Below are positions 50,282 to 59,400 of a stretch of 64,000 nucleotides of DNA, piece by piece. The stretch spans positions 51,524 through 115,523 of the forward strand of contig JBBDTI010000054.1 in assembly GCA_040904565.1 (NCBI GenBank), read 5' to 3'. This DNA comes from Rhodothermales bacterium (lineage in GTDB: Bacteria; Bacteroidota; Rhodothermia; Rhodothermales; VXPQ01). A program made the translations under genes and the position numbers. Under the pieces are notes generated by a model, which saw only the letters and a list, made by a program, of their open reading frames with translations, made no database searches and was not told the DNA's origin. The stretch's first letter is position 1. Every line of letters starts with the position of its first letter.

Positions 50282-50830
50282 GTGTTTGACCTGACCCCGG
50301 TTCGAGAAAATGGGCTTCGCCTGATGGACGAGTTCGGTCGCGACCATTTAGGACGTTCCCTGCAGGAGCTCGGCTGGCGCCTGCAATTTGACGGCGCCAA
50401 GCGGCGGCTCGGATTGTGCAAGTGGAAGCGGCGCGGCCGAATCGTGCGCATCCTTTCACTGTCGAGGCACTTCGCACGGCAGCACGGCTGGGACGTCATG
50501 GAAGACGTCGTTCGCCACGAAATCGCGCACGCCATCGATTACGAACGGCGCGGGAAGAGCCTGCACGACCGGACCTGGGAGATGCTCGCCGAGAAGGTCG
50601 GAGCGGATCCGACCCGCATTCTGGATAGCGCCGAACTCGACGATCCCGAATCCAAATACGTCGGCATCTGTCCATCCTGTGCCGCCGAACACCCCTTTTA
50701 TCGACGCGTCAAGCGCGTCCACGCGTGTCCGGATTGCTGCCGCAGGCACAACGGTGGTCAGTTCTCGATGCGCTATCGCCTTCTTATCGTGGAGCGGGAA
50801 AGCGGACGCGTCATCCAGCGAGCGGCCTGA
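50282..50830 (+). CDS. SprT-like zinc metalloprotease
   Basis: 'KRRLGLC', 'HEIAHA', 'HDRTW', C-terminal 'CPSC...CPDC'. Confidence 0.9.
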   Translation: MFDLTPVRENGLRLMDEFGRDHLGRSLQELGWRLQFDGAKRRLGLCKWKRRGRIVRILSLSRHFARQHGWDVMEDVVRHEIAHAIDYERRGKSLHDRTWEMLAEKVGADPTRILDSAELDDPESKYVGICPSCAAEHPFYRRVKRVHACPDCCRRHNGGQFSMRYRLLIVERESGRVIQRAA

Positions 50831-50852
50831 CGCCGCTGCGCGCCGACCATGC

Positions 50853-50900
50853 TTGACATTGATCTACGCTCGCATTAATATTAAACCATATGGTTGAATA
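50853..50900 (+). promoter_or_regulatory. Sigma70-like promoter and palindromic ArsR operator over the start codon
   Basis: TTGACA (50853-58), 17 bp, TAATAT (50876-81); imperfect palindrome tattaAACCATATGGTTgaata (50879-50900). Confidence 0.75.
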
Positions 50901-51270
50901 TAATGACGACATACTGGACGAACTGTTCGGCGCGCTCTCCGACGCCACGCGGCGGGCTATCCTGGAACAGCTGCTAGACGGGCCGGCGACGGTAGGGGAG
51001 CTTGCCGAGCCGCACGACATCACGTTTCAGGGCGTGTCCAAGCACGTGCGGAAGCTCGAACGTGCCGGCCTCGTCCGGCGGTGCAAGGACGGACGCGAGG
51101 TGCGATGTGAGCTGCGGATCGAACGGCTTCGGCCGGTATCGTCATGGATCGACGAACAGCGCCGATTCTGGACGGCACGCCTGGATCGACTGGGGGAGGT
51201 GCTGGACGCCGTAGACCAAGAAAATGCCCACAAAGAAAGAGGAAAGACCGATGGAACAACCGACGACTGA
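50890..51270 (+). CDS. ArsR/SmtB family transcriptional regulator
   Basis: 'FGALSDATRRAIL', 'VSKHVRKLERAGLV', 'FWTARLDRL'. Confidence 0.92.
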   Translation: MVEYNDDILDELFGALSDATRRAILEQLLDGPATVGELAEPHDITFQGVSKHVRKLERAGLVRRCKDGREVRCELRIERLRPVSSWIDEQRRFWTARLDRLGEVLDAVDQENAHKERGKTDGTTDD

Positions 51271-51697
51271 TACCACGACGCAGCTGCGACTGGAGCGTCA
51301 CTATCATGCCTCCCCCGAAGCGGTATTTGCCGCGCTGACCGAGCCGGCGCTCCTGGCCCGATGGTTCGCGCCGACCGACGAGATGGAAGCCGTCATCGAT
51401 CGGTTCGAGGCGCGCGTCGATGCGCCGTATCGCATCGAGATGCACGCTCCGTCGGGCGACGTCCATGTGGCGATCGGTGAGATCCGCGAGGTCGTGCCGA
51501 ACGAACGACTCGTCTACACGTGGAAATGGGAAGGCGGTGAGATGGGTGATACGCTCGTTACGTGGACGCTCGAAGCCTCAGAGTCCGGCACCGTTCTTCG
51601 CCTGCTCCACGATCAATTTCCGGACGAAGAGGCGCGAGACCGCCACCTGGTCGGCTGGAACGGCTGCCTGGCTCGACTTCAGCCGCTGCTCGTTTGA
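51251..51697 (+). CDS. SRPBCC/AHSA1 domain protein
   Basis: 'ASPEAVFAALTEPALLARWF', 'PNERLVYTW', 'HLVGW'; canonical ArsR partner. Confidence 0.9.
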   Translation: MEQPTTDTTTQLRLERHYHASPEAVFAALTEPALLARWFAPTDEMEAVIDRFEARVDAPYRIEMHAPSGDVHVAIGEIREVVPNERLVYTWKWEGGEMGDTLVTWTLEASESGTVLRLLHDQFPDEEARDRHLVGWNGCLARLQPLLV

Positions 51698-51850
51698 GGA
51701 GCGGCTGGCTTGCCTCCTTTTCCGGGCACGAGGATACCTCGTCGACCTCCCGCGTGTTCGACGCATCGAAGTTCCTTATCTTTTTCTGCCGGTACGGCCG
51801 TGCGAGCAACGCGGCCCCGGACGACGTATCAGGAACGACGAATACCCGAC

Positions 51851-52504
51851 ATGATTCGACTGGCTATCTGCTGTCTCACGGCGCTCTCCTTCGTCGTCAC
51901 CGACGTTGTAGAAGCGCAGGCTCGATGGGAAGCCGACATTCGGGCGTTCGAAGCGGCGGACGCGGCCACCCCCCCGGAGCCCGGAGGTGTTCTGTTTGTG
52001 GGCAGCTCCTCGATTCGCATGTGGACGACGCTCTCCGAGGATTTCGAGGGGATGAACGTCCTGAACAGGGGGTTCGGCGGCTCGCAGATGACCGACGTGA
52101 TTCATTATGCGCATCGGATCGTCGTGCCGTACGCGCCGCGGCTGATCGTACTCTACGAGGGGGATAACGACGTCGCCGCCGGGAAGAGCCCGGAGGAGGT
52201 GTTTCGAGACTACCTGCGGTTCGTGGCCCTCGCGCGCAACCAGCTTCCCGATTCCCGTATCGCCTTCATCGCCGTCAAACCCAGCCTGGCTCGCTGGAAT
52301 CTCGCCCCCGAGATGCAGCGCGTGAACCGTCTCGTCGAGAGCCACGCCGCCAATCACGCCTATCTAGACTATATCGACGTCTGGGAGCCCATGCTGGGGG
52401 AGAACGGCGAGCCGATGCCGGATCTCTTTCTCGACGATGGGCTTCACATGAACGAACGGGGCTACGCCATCTGGACCGAGGCGGTGGCACCGTTTGTGGA
52501 GTAG
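51851..52504 (+). CDS. SGNH/GDSL hydrolase family protein
   Basis: 'FVGSSSIRMW', 'NRGFGGS', 'YEGDND', 'DGLHMN'. Confidence 0.9.
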   Translation: MIRLAICCLTALSFVVTDVVEAQARWEADIRAFEAADAATPPEPGGVLFVGSSSIRMWTTLSEDFEGMNVLNRGFGGSQMTDVIHYAHRIVVPYAPRLIVLYEGDNDVAAGKSPEEVFRDYLRFVALARNQLPDSRIAFIAVKPSLARWNLAPEMQRVNRLVESHAANHAYLDYIDVWEPMLGENGEPMPDLFLDDGLHMNERGYAIWTEAVAPFVE

Positions 52505-52556
52505 GAAGGAGCCGATGGGGAAGAATGACCGGGACGAGCACACCACGTGAACGATG

Positions 52557-53297
52557 TCATTCTTCCAGGCGGCTCGACGCGTGTAGCTCGGAGGTGAGCG
52601 TGGCGCCGTTGAGTTGAGGGACCGTGGCTACGGCCTTCACGACGAGCCGCGTCTCCGTGTCGATCCAGAGCGTCGTTCCTCCATGTCCCCCGTCGACGGC
52701 CGACACTTCCGCCCGAAACGTCTCGAAGCTTCCAGCCGGGACGGTCGTCGTATCGATGCCGGTCACTTCTACCTCCATCATCTTCCTTTGCTGCTGCATG
52801 AGGTCCAGCGTGGCATATTCCGCCCGGTATCCATTCGAAAGGGGGAGGGCGGCGAGAACCAGATTGGCCGCCGCACCGTCACTGAATATGGGTCCGCCCA
52901 GGTGTACGTCGACCGGCTGCTCGTCCCCCTGCATCGTGATCGTTCCTTCGACCGTCGAATCCGAAAACGCAAGTTCGATGCTCATCGCACCCTGCGTAAC
53001 CGTGCGCGAGACGGGAGTGAGCGTTTCGTGGTGAAGCACCTCGACGTCGGTAGCCGTGCCCATGGGTCCCTCGGCCGTCTCGGTGACGCGCCATCCTTCG
53101 TCGACGTCTTCGATCGTATGTGTTACGTCCATCTGCATCTCCTGGCCGCCCATGGCGATCGTCACCACGTAGGTTGCCGTGCCCGCGTGCAGCGGCTGGG
53201 ATGGGGTCGGCAGCTCCTGGGCGGCGGCGCCGGCGACGAGAAAGAAAACGAACGTCCCGAGAAGGCAAAATCGGGTCACGGCGTGGGTAGAGGTCAT
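52557..53297 (-). CDS. Secreted hypothetical protein (DUF3108-like)
   Basis: Signal peptide; 'TVPAGSFETF', 'TLWID'. Confidence 0.65.
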   Translation of the reverse strand: MTSTHAVTRFCLLGTFVFFLVAGAAAQELPTPSQPLHAGTATYVVTIAMGGQEMQMDVTHTIEDVDEGWRVTETAEGPMGTATDVEVLHHETLTPVSRTVTQGAMSIELAFSDSTVEGTITMQGDEQPVDVHLGGPIFSDGAAANLVLAALPLSNGYRAEYATLDLMQQQRKMMEVEVTGIDTTTVPAGSFETFRAEVSAVDGGHGGTTLWIDTETRLVVKAVATVPQLNGATLTSELHASSRLEE

Positions 53298-53500
53298 CGA
53301 TCAGTGGCCGTTCGGGGCTGGTCAGTGCGGATGGAAGTACGGCGGATGAACGGTGCACCACCTCAGGAGATCCATCCGCCCGGGCAACGCCGTTTTTTGG
53401 CGATCTTGAGACCTTCGGGCCGGTTCGGACGTTGGGAAGGCGTATCCACGCATCACATGTTGAGAGGATGCCCCGATTGTTTTCTCGATGGCACGCCGCG

Positions 53501-54220
53501 ATGACCGGCTTGACCGGACTCGTTGTGCTGGGTCTGGTAGTCGTAGCTCTGGGTCTGGCGGCGGCGACCGTCTACCTGGTTTCCACGCAGACACGCGGAT
53601 TGCTCGATGCCTTTCGGCCTTCGGTGGAGTCGAACGTCGTCTTCGCGGGCTCGATCGACCGGCTGCAGGCAGAAGGGAAGCTGGTCGTCCTGTCGGCGGA
53701 CGTTACGGCCGAGTCGGAAAGTAGCACGGCGCGCCGGATCTTCTTCGACCTGATCGACGCCGGCACGACGACGGTTCGCGTTCGCGCGCCGGCCCGCGTG
53801 CAATACGTGGTGTCGTTGGCGGATATAGGCCGGGAGGATTTTTCATTCGATCCGGAAATTCGTCGACTTCTCCTCGTGCTGCCCAATCCCCGGCTGGATA
53901 CCACGATCGTCGAGGTCTCGACCGATCCGTCGGAAATCGAAGTCTATCGGGAGATTGGCTGGCTACGTCTCGACGCGTTATCGGGCCGATTCAATGAGGA
54001 ACGCGCGCGCCGCCTGCTCCGCGACGCGGCCGTGGAAGCCGGGCGGTCCGGGCGATGGATGGATGAGGCCAGAGAGAGTGCCCGGCGCGAGGTCGCACGT
54101 CTGTTGACCCCGCTCATCGAGGCGCTCGACGAGGATGTCACGTTCTCCATCGCCTTTCACGACGGGCCGCTGCCGGTCGACGAATCGACCCATCAGCTTC
54201 CGTCGCCACGGGGGAGGTAA
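53501..54220 (+). CDS. DUF4230-like membrane-anchored protein
   Basis: N-terminal TM, 'LQAEGKLVV', 'LLVLPNP', helical C-terminus. Confidence 0.6.
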   Translation: MTGLTGLVVLGLVVVALGLAAATVYLVSTQTRGLLDAFRPSVESNVVFAGSIDRLQAEGKLVVLSADVTAESESSTARRIFFDLIDAGTTTVRVRAPARVQYVVSLADIGREDFSFDPEIRRLLLVLPNPRLDTTIVEVSTDPSEIEVYREIGWLRLDALSGRFNEERARRLLRDAAVEAGRSGRWMDEARESARREVARLLTPLIEALDEDVTFSIAFHDGPLPVDESTHQLPSPRGR

Positions 54221-54287
54221 TTCACGCCGCGTGCGCACCCGTCCGTATCTGCCGGCTACGTGCTGTATCACAGGCTCTGGAATCGCC

Positions 54288-54890
54288 ATGCTCTCAAGAT
54301 TCGTCCAGCTTTTTGCCTTATTGGTCGCACCGCTTCTCGTCGTACCGCAAACCGCCTCCAGCCAGGTTTTCGTAAGCGGGGGCGCGGCCTGGCCCCTTTC
54401 TCCGGAGAGCACGACGAACATATACAGGAGCGGTTATTCCTTCGCTGGAGGCGTTATCCTCGAGTTCGGCGCCTTTCCGTTTGCCAGGGTGAGACCGTTC
54501 GGCAGCTTCCAACGATTTCGAACGGACCCCGGCCCGTTCCTGGATCAGTTCGAGAACATCGACGAGGTAGAAGGCGGCGAAATGCCGGTGATTTTCGCGG
54601 GTGTGGATCTGCAGTTCATGCATCCGTTCGCCCGATTCAGGCCGTACCTCGCTCCGGCGATCGGCCTGGCCGTGTTCTCGCTCGACGATATTACGGCGGA
54701 TGGAATTACGTTCAATCTGCAGGACGAATCGGCGGGTGTCGGCGTCGGCGTGGGCGGAGGCTTTGCCTACGAGGTGACGCGCAACTACCAGCTTTTCGCC
54801 GACGTGCAGTACGTCTACGTGGTTCTGGAATCGAACGACCGCACATTCGTGCCGGTGCGTGTGGGGATCGAACTCGCCTTCGATTACTAG
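54288..54890 (+). CDS. Outer membrane beta-barrel protein (8-stranded OmpA/OmpW-like)
   Basis: Signal peptide, amphipathic strands, 'RPYL', aromatic C-terminus 'GIELAFDY'. Confidence 0.8.
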   Translation: MLSRFVQLFALLVAPLLVVPQTASSQVFVSGGAAWPLSPESTTNIYRSGYSFAGGVILEFGAFPFARVRPFGSFQRFRTDPGPFLDQFENIDEVEGGEMPVIFAGVDLQFMHPFARFRPYLAPAIGLAVFSLDDITADGITFNLQDESAGVGVGVGGGFAYEVTRNYQLFADVQYVYVVLESNDRTFVPVRVGIELAFDY

Positions 54891-55015
54891 CCGTACGACG
54901 AACTGGCGGATGTCGCGCGCGTCGCGTATCCGGCCGTGGCACGTTCCAGCCCGGCATTCATATATTCCAGTCGTTGTTGTTTTGCGCTCCTACCCCAAAT
55001 CTATCGTACGGTCCA

Positions 55016-56017
55016 ATGCGAAGCTCTCTCTCGTTCTACGTTGCTACCTGCCTCACTGCGTTTCTCCTGGCCTCCTGCGGGCCACCGGCCTCACAGGCGC
55101 AGCTTCAGGCCGGCTGGCAGATCGTCGAGACGGAAGGCGAGTATACCCCTCGCAGTGAAAACGCACTCGCCGAGGTGGACGGGAAGCTTTATCTCGTTGG
55201 CGGCCGGGGGATGCAGCCCGTCGACGTCTACGATCCGGAGACCAGTACGTGGTCGTCGGGCACCGGTGCACCCATAGAGATACATCACTTTCAGGCGGTC
55301 GAATACGACGGCAAGATCTATGTCGTCGGGGCGTGGACGGGCGGCTTTCCAACGGAGCAAGGAATCACCCACGTGCTCATCTACGATCCGGAGGAAGATG
55401 CGTGGACGACCGGTCCGGAAATTCCCGAGCCCCGCCGGCGTGGAGCCGCGGGTGCCGTCGTGTACGACGATCATATCTACGTCGTCTCCGGTAATCGCGG
55501 CGGTCACGGTCCGCATGCAACGGCCGTTACCTGGCTCGATCGACTGGACCCGCGGGCGGGTACCTGGGACGAGCTCGCCGATGCGCCGCACCGTCGAGAT
55601 CACTTTCAGGCGGCGGTGGTAGACGATAAGCTGTACGCCGTGGGTGGACGAACCTCCGATATCGAGGGCTTTATCGACAGTACGGTCGCCGCCGTGGACG
55701 TGTACGATTTTTCATCCGACACGTGGTCTACCGTGCCGGATGCCCCGATCCCAACCCAGCGAGCCGGTGCAGGAACGGCCGCATTCGGTGAGCATATCTT
55801 CGTTTCGGGCGGAGAGGGGTTCGGTGAGGCATGGGGCGAAACCGAGGCGTTCGACACCTCGACCGGGACCTGGGAGTTCGTCGACATGCTGAACCGGCCC
55901 CGCCACGGCATACAGATGGTCCTGTTCGATGACAGACTCTGGGTCGCCGGCGGTGCCGGTGCACAGGGCGGCGGTCCGGAAGTGGAAGAAATGGAAATGA
56001 TGGATCTATCCAACTGA
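55016..56017 (+). CDS. Kelch repeat lipoprotein
   Basis: About six 'GKLYLVGG...YDP...W' repeats; lipobox 'LASC'; start moved to ATG 55016. Confidence 0.9.
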   Translation: MRSSLSFYVATCLTAFLLASCGPPASQAQLQAGWQIVETEGEYTPRSENALAEVDGKLYLVGGRGMQPVDVYDPETSTWSSGTGAPIEIHHFQAVEYDGKIYVVGAWTGGFPTEQGITHVLIYDPEEDAWTTGPEIPEPRRRGAAGAVVYDDHIYVVSGNRGGHGPHATAVTWLDRLDPRAGTWDELADAPHRRDHFQAAVVDDKLYAVGGRTSDIEGFIDSTVAAVDVYDFSSDTWSTVPDAPIPTQRAGAGTAAFGEHIFVSGGEGFGEAWGETEAFDTSTGTWEFVDMLNRPRHGIQMVLFDDRLWVAGGAGAQGGGPEVEEMEMMDLSN

Positions 56018-56026
56018 TCACTTCCT

Positions 56027-57358
56027 ATGGTACGCCTAACACGTGTAGATTCGGTCGTCCTCTCAGGGCGTTGCCTGAGCTTCATGCTGCTGTTCGCATG
56101 GGTCACGCTGCCCGCTACGGCGCACGTGACGGACGCCGAGCAGCGGATGATTGAATATATCGACGCACACGATGCGGAGGCCCGTGCGCTTCTGGAGCGA
56201 GCCGTCAATATCAACAGCGGTACCATGAACGTCGCCGGCGTACGTGAGGTAGGGCGCCTGTTTCGATCGGCATTCGATAATCTCGGCTTCGAGACGCGAT
56301 GGGTAGACGGCGAAGCGTGGGGACGTGCCGGTCACCTCATTGCGGAGCATCGGGGGTCCGGCCCGCGGATGGTGCTGATCGGTCACCTAGATACGGTATT
56401 CGAGCCCGACAGCCCGTTTCAGAAGTACGAGCTGCTGGACGACTCAACCGGACACGGTCCGGGCGCAGCCGATATGAAGGGTGGGATCGTCGTCATGCTT
56501 CAGGCCATGAAGGCACTCCGACATGCCGGTGTTCTCGACGAGGTCGACGCCACCGTGGTGTTGATCGGCGACGAGGAGAAAAGCGGCCGGCCGCTCTCGC
56601 TCGCACGCCGGGATCTGATCGATGCGGCGCGCCAATCCGCCGTCGCCCTGGGCTTCGAGAACGGGGATAATGATCCGGGTACGGCCGTCGTATCGCGCCG
56701 CGGATGGACCGGCTGGGTCCTTCGATCCACGGGGCGGCCCGCACATTCGTCGCAGATTTTTCAGGAGGATGTGGGGGCGGGTGCCGTATTCGAGGCGGCA
56801 CGCGTGCTCAGCGCCTTCTATGACCGGCTGTCCGATCAGGAGTATCTCTCGTTCAATCCCGCTATTACGCTGGGCGGGACTCATGTCGAGTTCATTCCGG
56901 AAGCGGACCGTGGGACGGCTTCCAGCAAGATCAACATCGTGGCGGAGCGCGCCGTCGTCCCGGGAGATCTCAGAACCCTGTCAATCGAGCAGCGCGAGCG
57001 CGTGAAGGAAACCATGCGCGATATCGTCTCCCAGAGCCTGCCGCATACCTGGTCGGAAATCAGTTTCGACGACTCGTATCCTCCTATGGCCCCCACGGAC
57101 GGCAATCGCAACCTGCTGAGTCGGTATGACGGGGTGAGCCGCGACCTCGGACTCGGTCCGGTGGAGGCCGTTAATCCACGCAACGCCGGAGCGGCAGACA
57201 TATCTTTTGCCGCCCAGCATGTGGAGATGGCAATCGACGGACTCGGATTGCTGGGCGCCGGCGGGCATACCATCGACGAAACTGCCGACCTGCGACTGCT
57301 TCCGACGCAGACGAAACGGGCCGCGCTGCTGATCCATCGTCTCTCCACGACGCCGTAG
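56027..57358 (+). CDS. M20 family metallo-hydrolase (carboxypeptidase G2-like)
   Basis: 'IGHLDTVF', 'GPGAADMKGG', 'GDEE', 'AHSS', 'GGHT'. Confidence 0.9.
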   Translation: MVRLTRVDSVVLSGRCLSFMLLFAWVTLPATAHVTDAEQRMIEYIDAHDAEARALLERAVNINSGTMNVAGVREVGRLFRSAFDNLGFETRWVDGEAWGRAGHLIAEHRGSGPRMVLIGHLDTVFEPDSPFQKYELLDDSTGHGPGAADMKGGIVVMLQAMKALRHAGVLDEVDATVVLIGDEEKSGRPLSLARRDLIDAARQSAVALGFENGDNDPGTAVVSRRGWTGWVLRSTGRPAHSSQIFQEDVGAGAVFEAARVLSAFYDRLSDQEYLSFNPAITLGGTHVEFIPEADRGTASSKINIVAERAVVPGDLRTLSIEQRERVKETMRDIVSQSLPHTWSEISFDDSYPPMAPTDGNRNLLSRYDGVSRDLGLGPVEAVNPRNAGAADISFAAQHVEMAIDGLGLLGAGGHTIDETADLRLLPTQTKRAALLIHRLSTTP

Positions 57359-57406
57359 TGCCCCTCCGCGACCCCGTCTGGTGGAGAAGAGGCCCTGCTG
57401 CCGGCG

Positions 57407-57787
57407 CTATGCGTCCTCGAACCGGGCGAACGTGACGACGTTGCCGGCCGGCTCGCGGACGATGAGCTCGTCGGCCCCGTAGAACGTCTTTCGCCGAGGA
57501 ATGACGCGTTCGGCCGATGCGAGTGCGTCGTCGACGGCGTCGAGATCGTCGACTTCGATAAAGACGAAACTGCCCCGTTGGGGGGCGTCCGCCAGCTCGG
57601 GGATATCGTTTCGGACGCTCTCTAGGGTCTGATACATGAGTTCTACCGCGCCCTTGCGTAGGATAACGAAACCCAACCGGTCGCCTTCCGGCACCTCGGT
57701 GGTCACCTCGAAACCGAGCGCCTCGGTCCAGAATGGCAGGACCGGCTCGATGGCGTCGACGAGCAAAACTGGGGTGATCTTTTTCAT
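57407..57787 (-). CDS. VOC/glyoxalase family protein
   Basis: 'FWTEALGFE', 'FIEVDDLD', 'FYGADELIVREPAGN'. Confidence 0.88.
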   Translation of the reverse strand: MKKITPVLLVDAIEPVLPFWTEALGFEVTTEVPEGDRLGFVILRKGAVELMYQTLESVRNDIPELADAPQRGSFVFIEVDDLDAVDDALASAERVIPRRKTFYGADELIVREPAGNVVTFARFEDA

Positions 57788-57856
57788 AGCGGTAGGAGAT
57801 GGGTGGAACGGATCGAATGCCCTTGCCGGGCATGCCCATGATACAATAGCCGAGCC

Positions 57857-57886
57857 ACATATAATATATGTTCATACATATATTAT
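57857..57886. promoter_or_regulatory. AT-rich inverted repeats upstream of the VOC gene (candidate operator)
   Basis: ataatatatgt-tcat-acatatattat (11-4-11, 57861-57886) overlapping acatata-a-tatatgt (57857-57871). Confidence 0.65.
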
Positions 57887-59202
57887 CCGAGGTGCTCGCT
57901 GTTCAAGAGGTGTCTGTACCTCGTGAACGTGGTCACCGATCGGTCGAGGATGAGGTCCCGCTGGGCGAGTGGGCGCCGTAAGATGAGACCCTCGAGCGTT
58001 CGGCATCTGCTGAGCGCCACGTAAACCTGCCCGTGGGCGAACGTTCCCCCGGTAAGGTCGACCACGACGCGGTCGAACGTCTTTCCCTGACTCTTGTGGA
58101 CGGTGATGGCATAGGCGACCTTCAGCGGCAACTGGATGAACATTCCGATCGTCTCCGCCTCGATGCGCTTACTGCGCCGGTCGTACTCGTAGCGAACCAT
58201 CTCCCATTCGACGGGCTCGACCTCGACGATCTCACCGTCGACCTCCACCTCCACCGTTCGGTTTCCCAGCGCGTGTATACGCCCCATCGTTCCGTTCACC
58301 CAGCGACGGTGGACGTCGTTCTTGACGAACATGACCTGTGCCCCGACCTTGAGAGCGAGCGCTTCGGGTGCCGGAAGCGGCGGGTTTTCGGCAGAAGCGA
58401 ACGCGCCCTCCAATATGCCGTCATAGCGGCCTGAAGCTCCCTCCAGACGATTCAGATTCTCGACGTTGATCTCGTGCGCCCGCGCGTTCGTCGTCGTCAG
58501 CGTTACGTACGGCTGGTCGGGTGGCGGCTCAAATCCCGGCCGGCACCGCGCATTGAGCTGCTCTACGGTCTCCGGCGTGACGCGCGCATGCCGAATGGCA
58601 TTCAACAGATGGATGAAGCGGTCGTCGTCCTGACGGAAGATGCGCTCCAGCTCGATGGTCTCCATCCCCGACTCCTTCAGTACCGCCGCACTGAAGAAAT
58701 ACGGGGTCCGATAATGCGCTTGCAGGAAGCGGCGCTCGGCCGGACTCGACACGACGGGCGGCAGCTGATACGGATCGCCGACGAGAATCATGCGGATGCC
58801 CCCAAAGGGCTCGTCGCGGGTCGGTCCGTTTAGACGCAGAAACCGGTCCATCCCATCGAGCATGTCGGCCCGTACCATCGAAATCTCATCGACGACGACC
58901 GCGTCGAGCGCCTTGTAAAGTGATCGGTCCGGCAACTCCTCGACGTCCGTCGAAGCAATCGGGCGCGGAGGAAATCGAAAAAAAGAATGTACGGTTTCCC
59001 CATGCACGTTCAGCGCGGCGATGCCCGTGGGTGCAACGACCGCCATCTTAAGATCGGTTTCCTCACGGAATCGCCGAAGGAGCGTCGATTTTCCCGTACC
59101 GGCACGTCCCGTGATGAAGAGGCATGCCGGACCGTCTTTCATCAGTGCCAGCGCGTGGGCAAGCTCGGGCGTGGATGTAAAAGAAGAAGACAGCGAGCCC
59201 AT
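57883..59202 (-). CDS. PIF1-like SF1B DNA helicase
   Basis: 'TGRAGTGKS', 'APTGIAA', 'DEISMV', 'GDPYQLPPV', 'LKVGAQVM', 'AITVHKSQG', 'YVALSR'. Confidence 0.93.
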   Translation of the reverse strand: MGSLSSSFTSTPELAHALALMKDGPACLFITGRAGTGKSTLLRRFREETDLKMAVVAPTGIAALNVHGETVHSFFRFPPRPIASTDVEELPDRSLYKALDAVVVDEISMVRADMLDGMDRFLRLNGPTRDEPFGGIRMILVGDPYQLPPVVSSPAERRFLQAHYRTPYFFSAAVLKESGMETIELERIFRQDDDRFIHLLNAIRHARVTPETVEQLNARCRPGFEPPPDQPYVTLTTTNARAHEINVENLNRLEGASGRYDGILEGAFASAENPPLPAPEALALKVGAQVMFVKNDVHRRWVNGTMGRIHALGNRTVEVEVDGEIVEVEPVEWEMVRYEYDRRSKRIEAETIGMFIQLPLKVAYAITVHKSQGKTFDRVVVDLTGGTFAHGQVYVALSRCRTLEGLILRRPLAQRDLILDRSVTTFTRYRHLLNSEHLG

Positions 59203-59400
59203 GGTCGTTTTAATGGAGGACTACGGCACTGGACAATACTGAATGGCACCAACAAATTCTTTGGTCCGAGGTCATGTTTCGGTCGGCTCACGTGTCTGAC
59301 GTAGAGAAGCGGGGAAGGTCCCCGTTTGCGGTCCGCCCCGGACCCTCATTTCCGGCGGCGCACGGATTCCCCCCGTTCACAACCTGCTCGGATAACCGTC

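Noticed and set aside
54260-55015. N-terminal 252 aa of the 585-aa Kelch ORF as a fusion domain
   Set aside because: It overlaps the beta-barrel gene in another frame and is Arg-rich nonsense; a lipoprotein signal starts at 55016.
57883-59202. PIF1 helicase as marker of a mobile element carrying the RiPP cluster
   Set aside because: No integrase, transposase, att site or terminal repeats were seen; stand-alone PIF1-like genes are common chromosomal genes.
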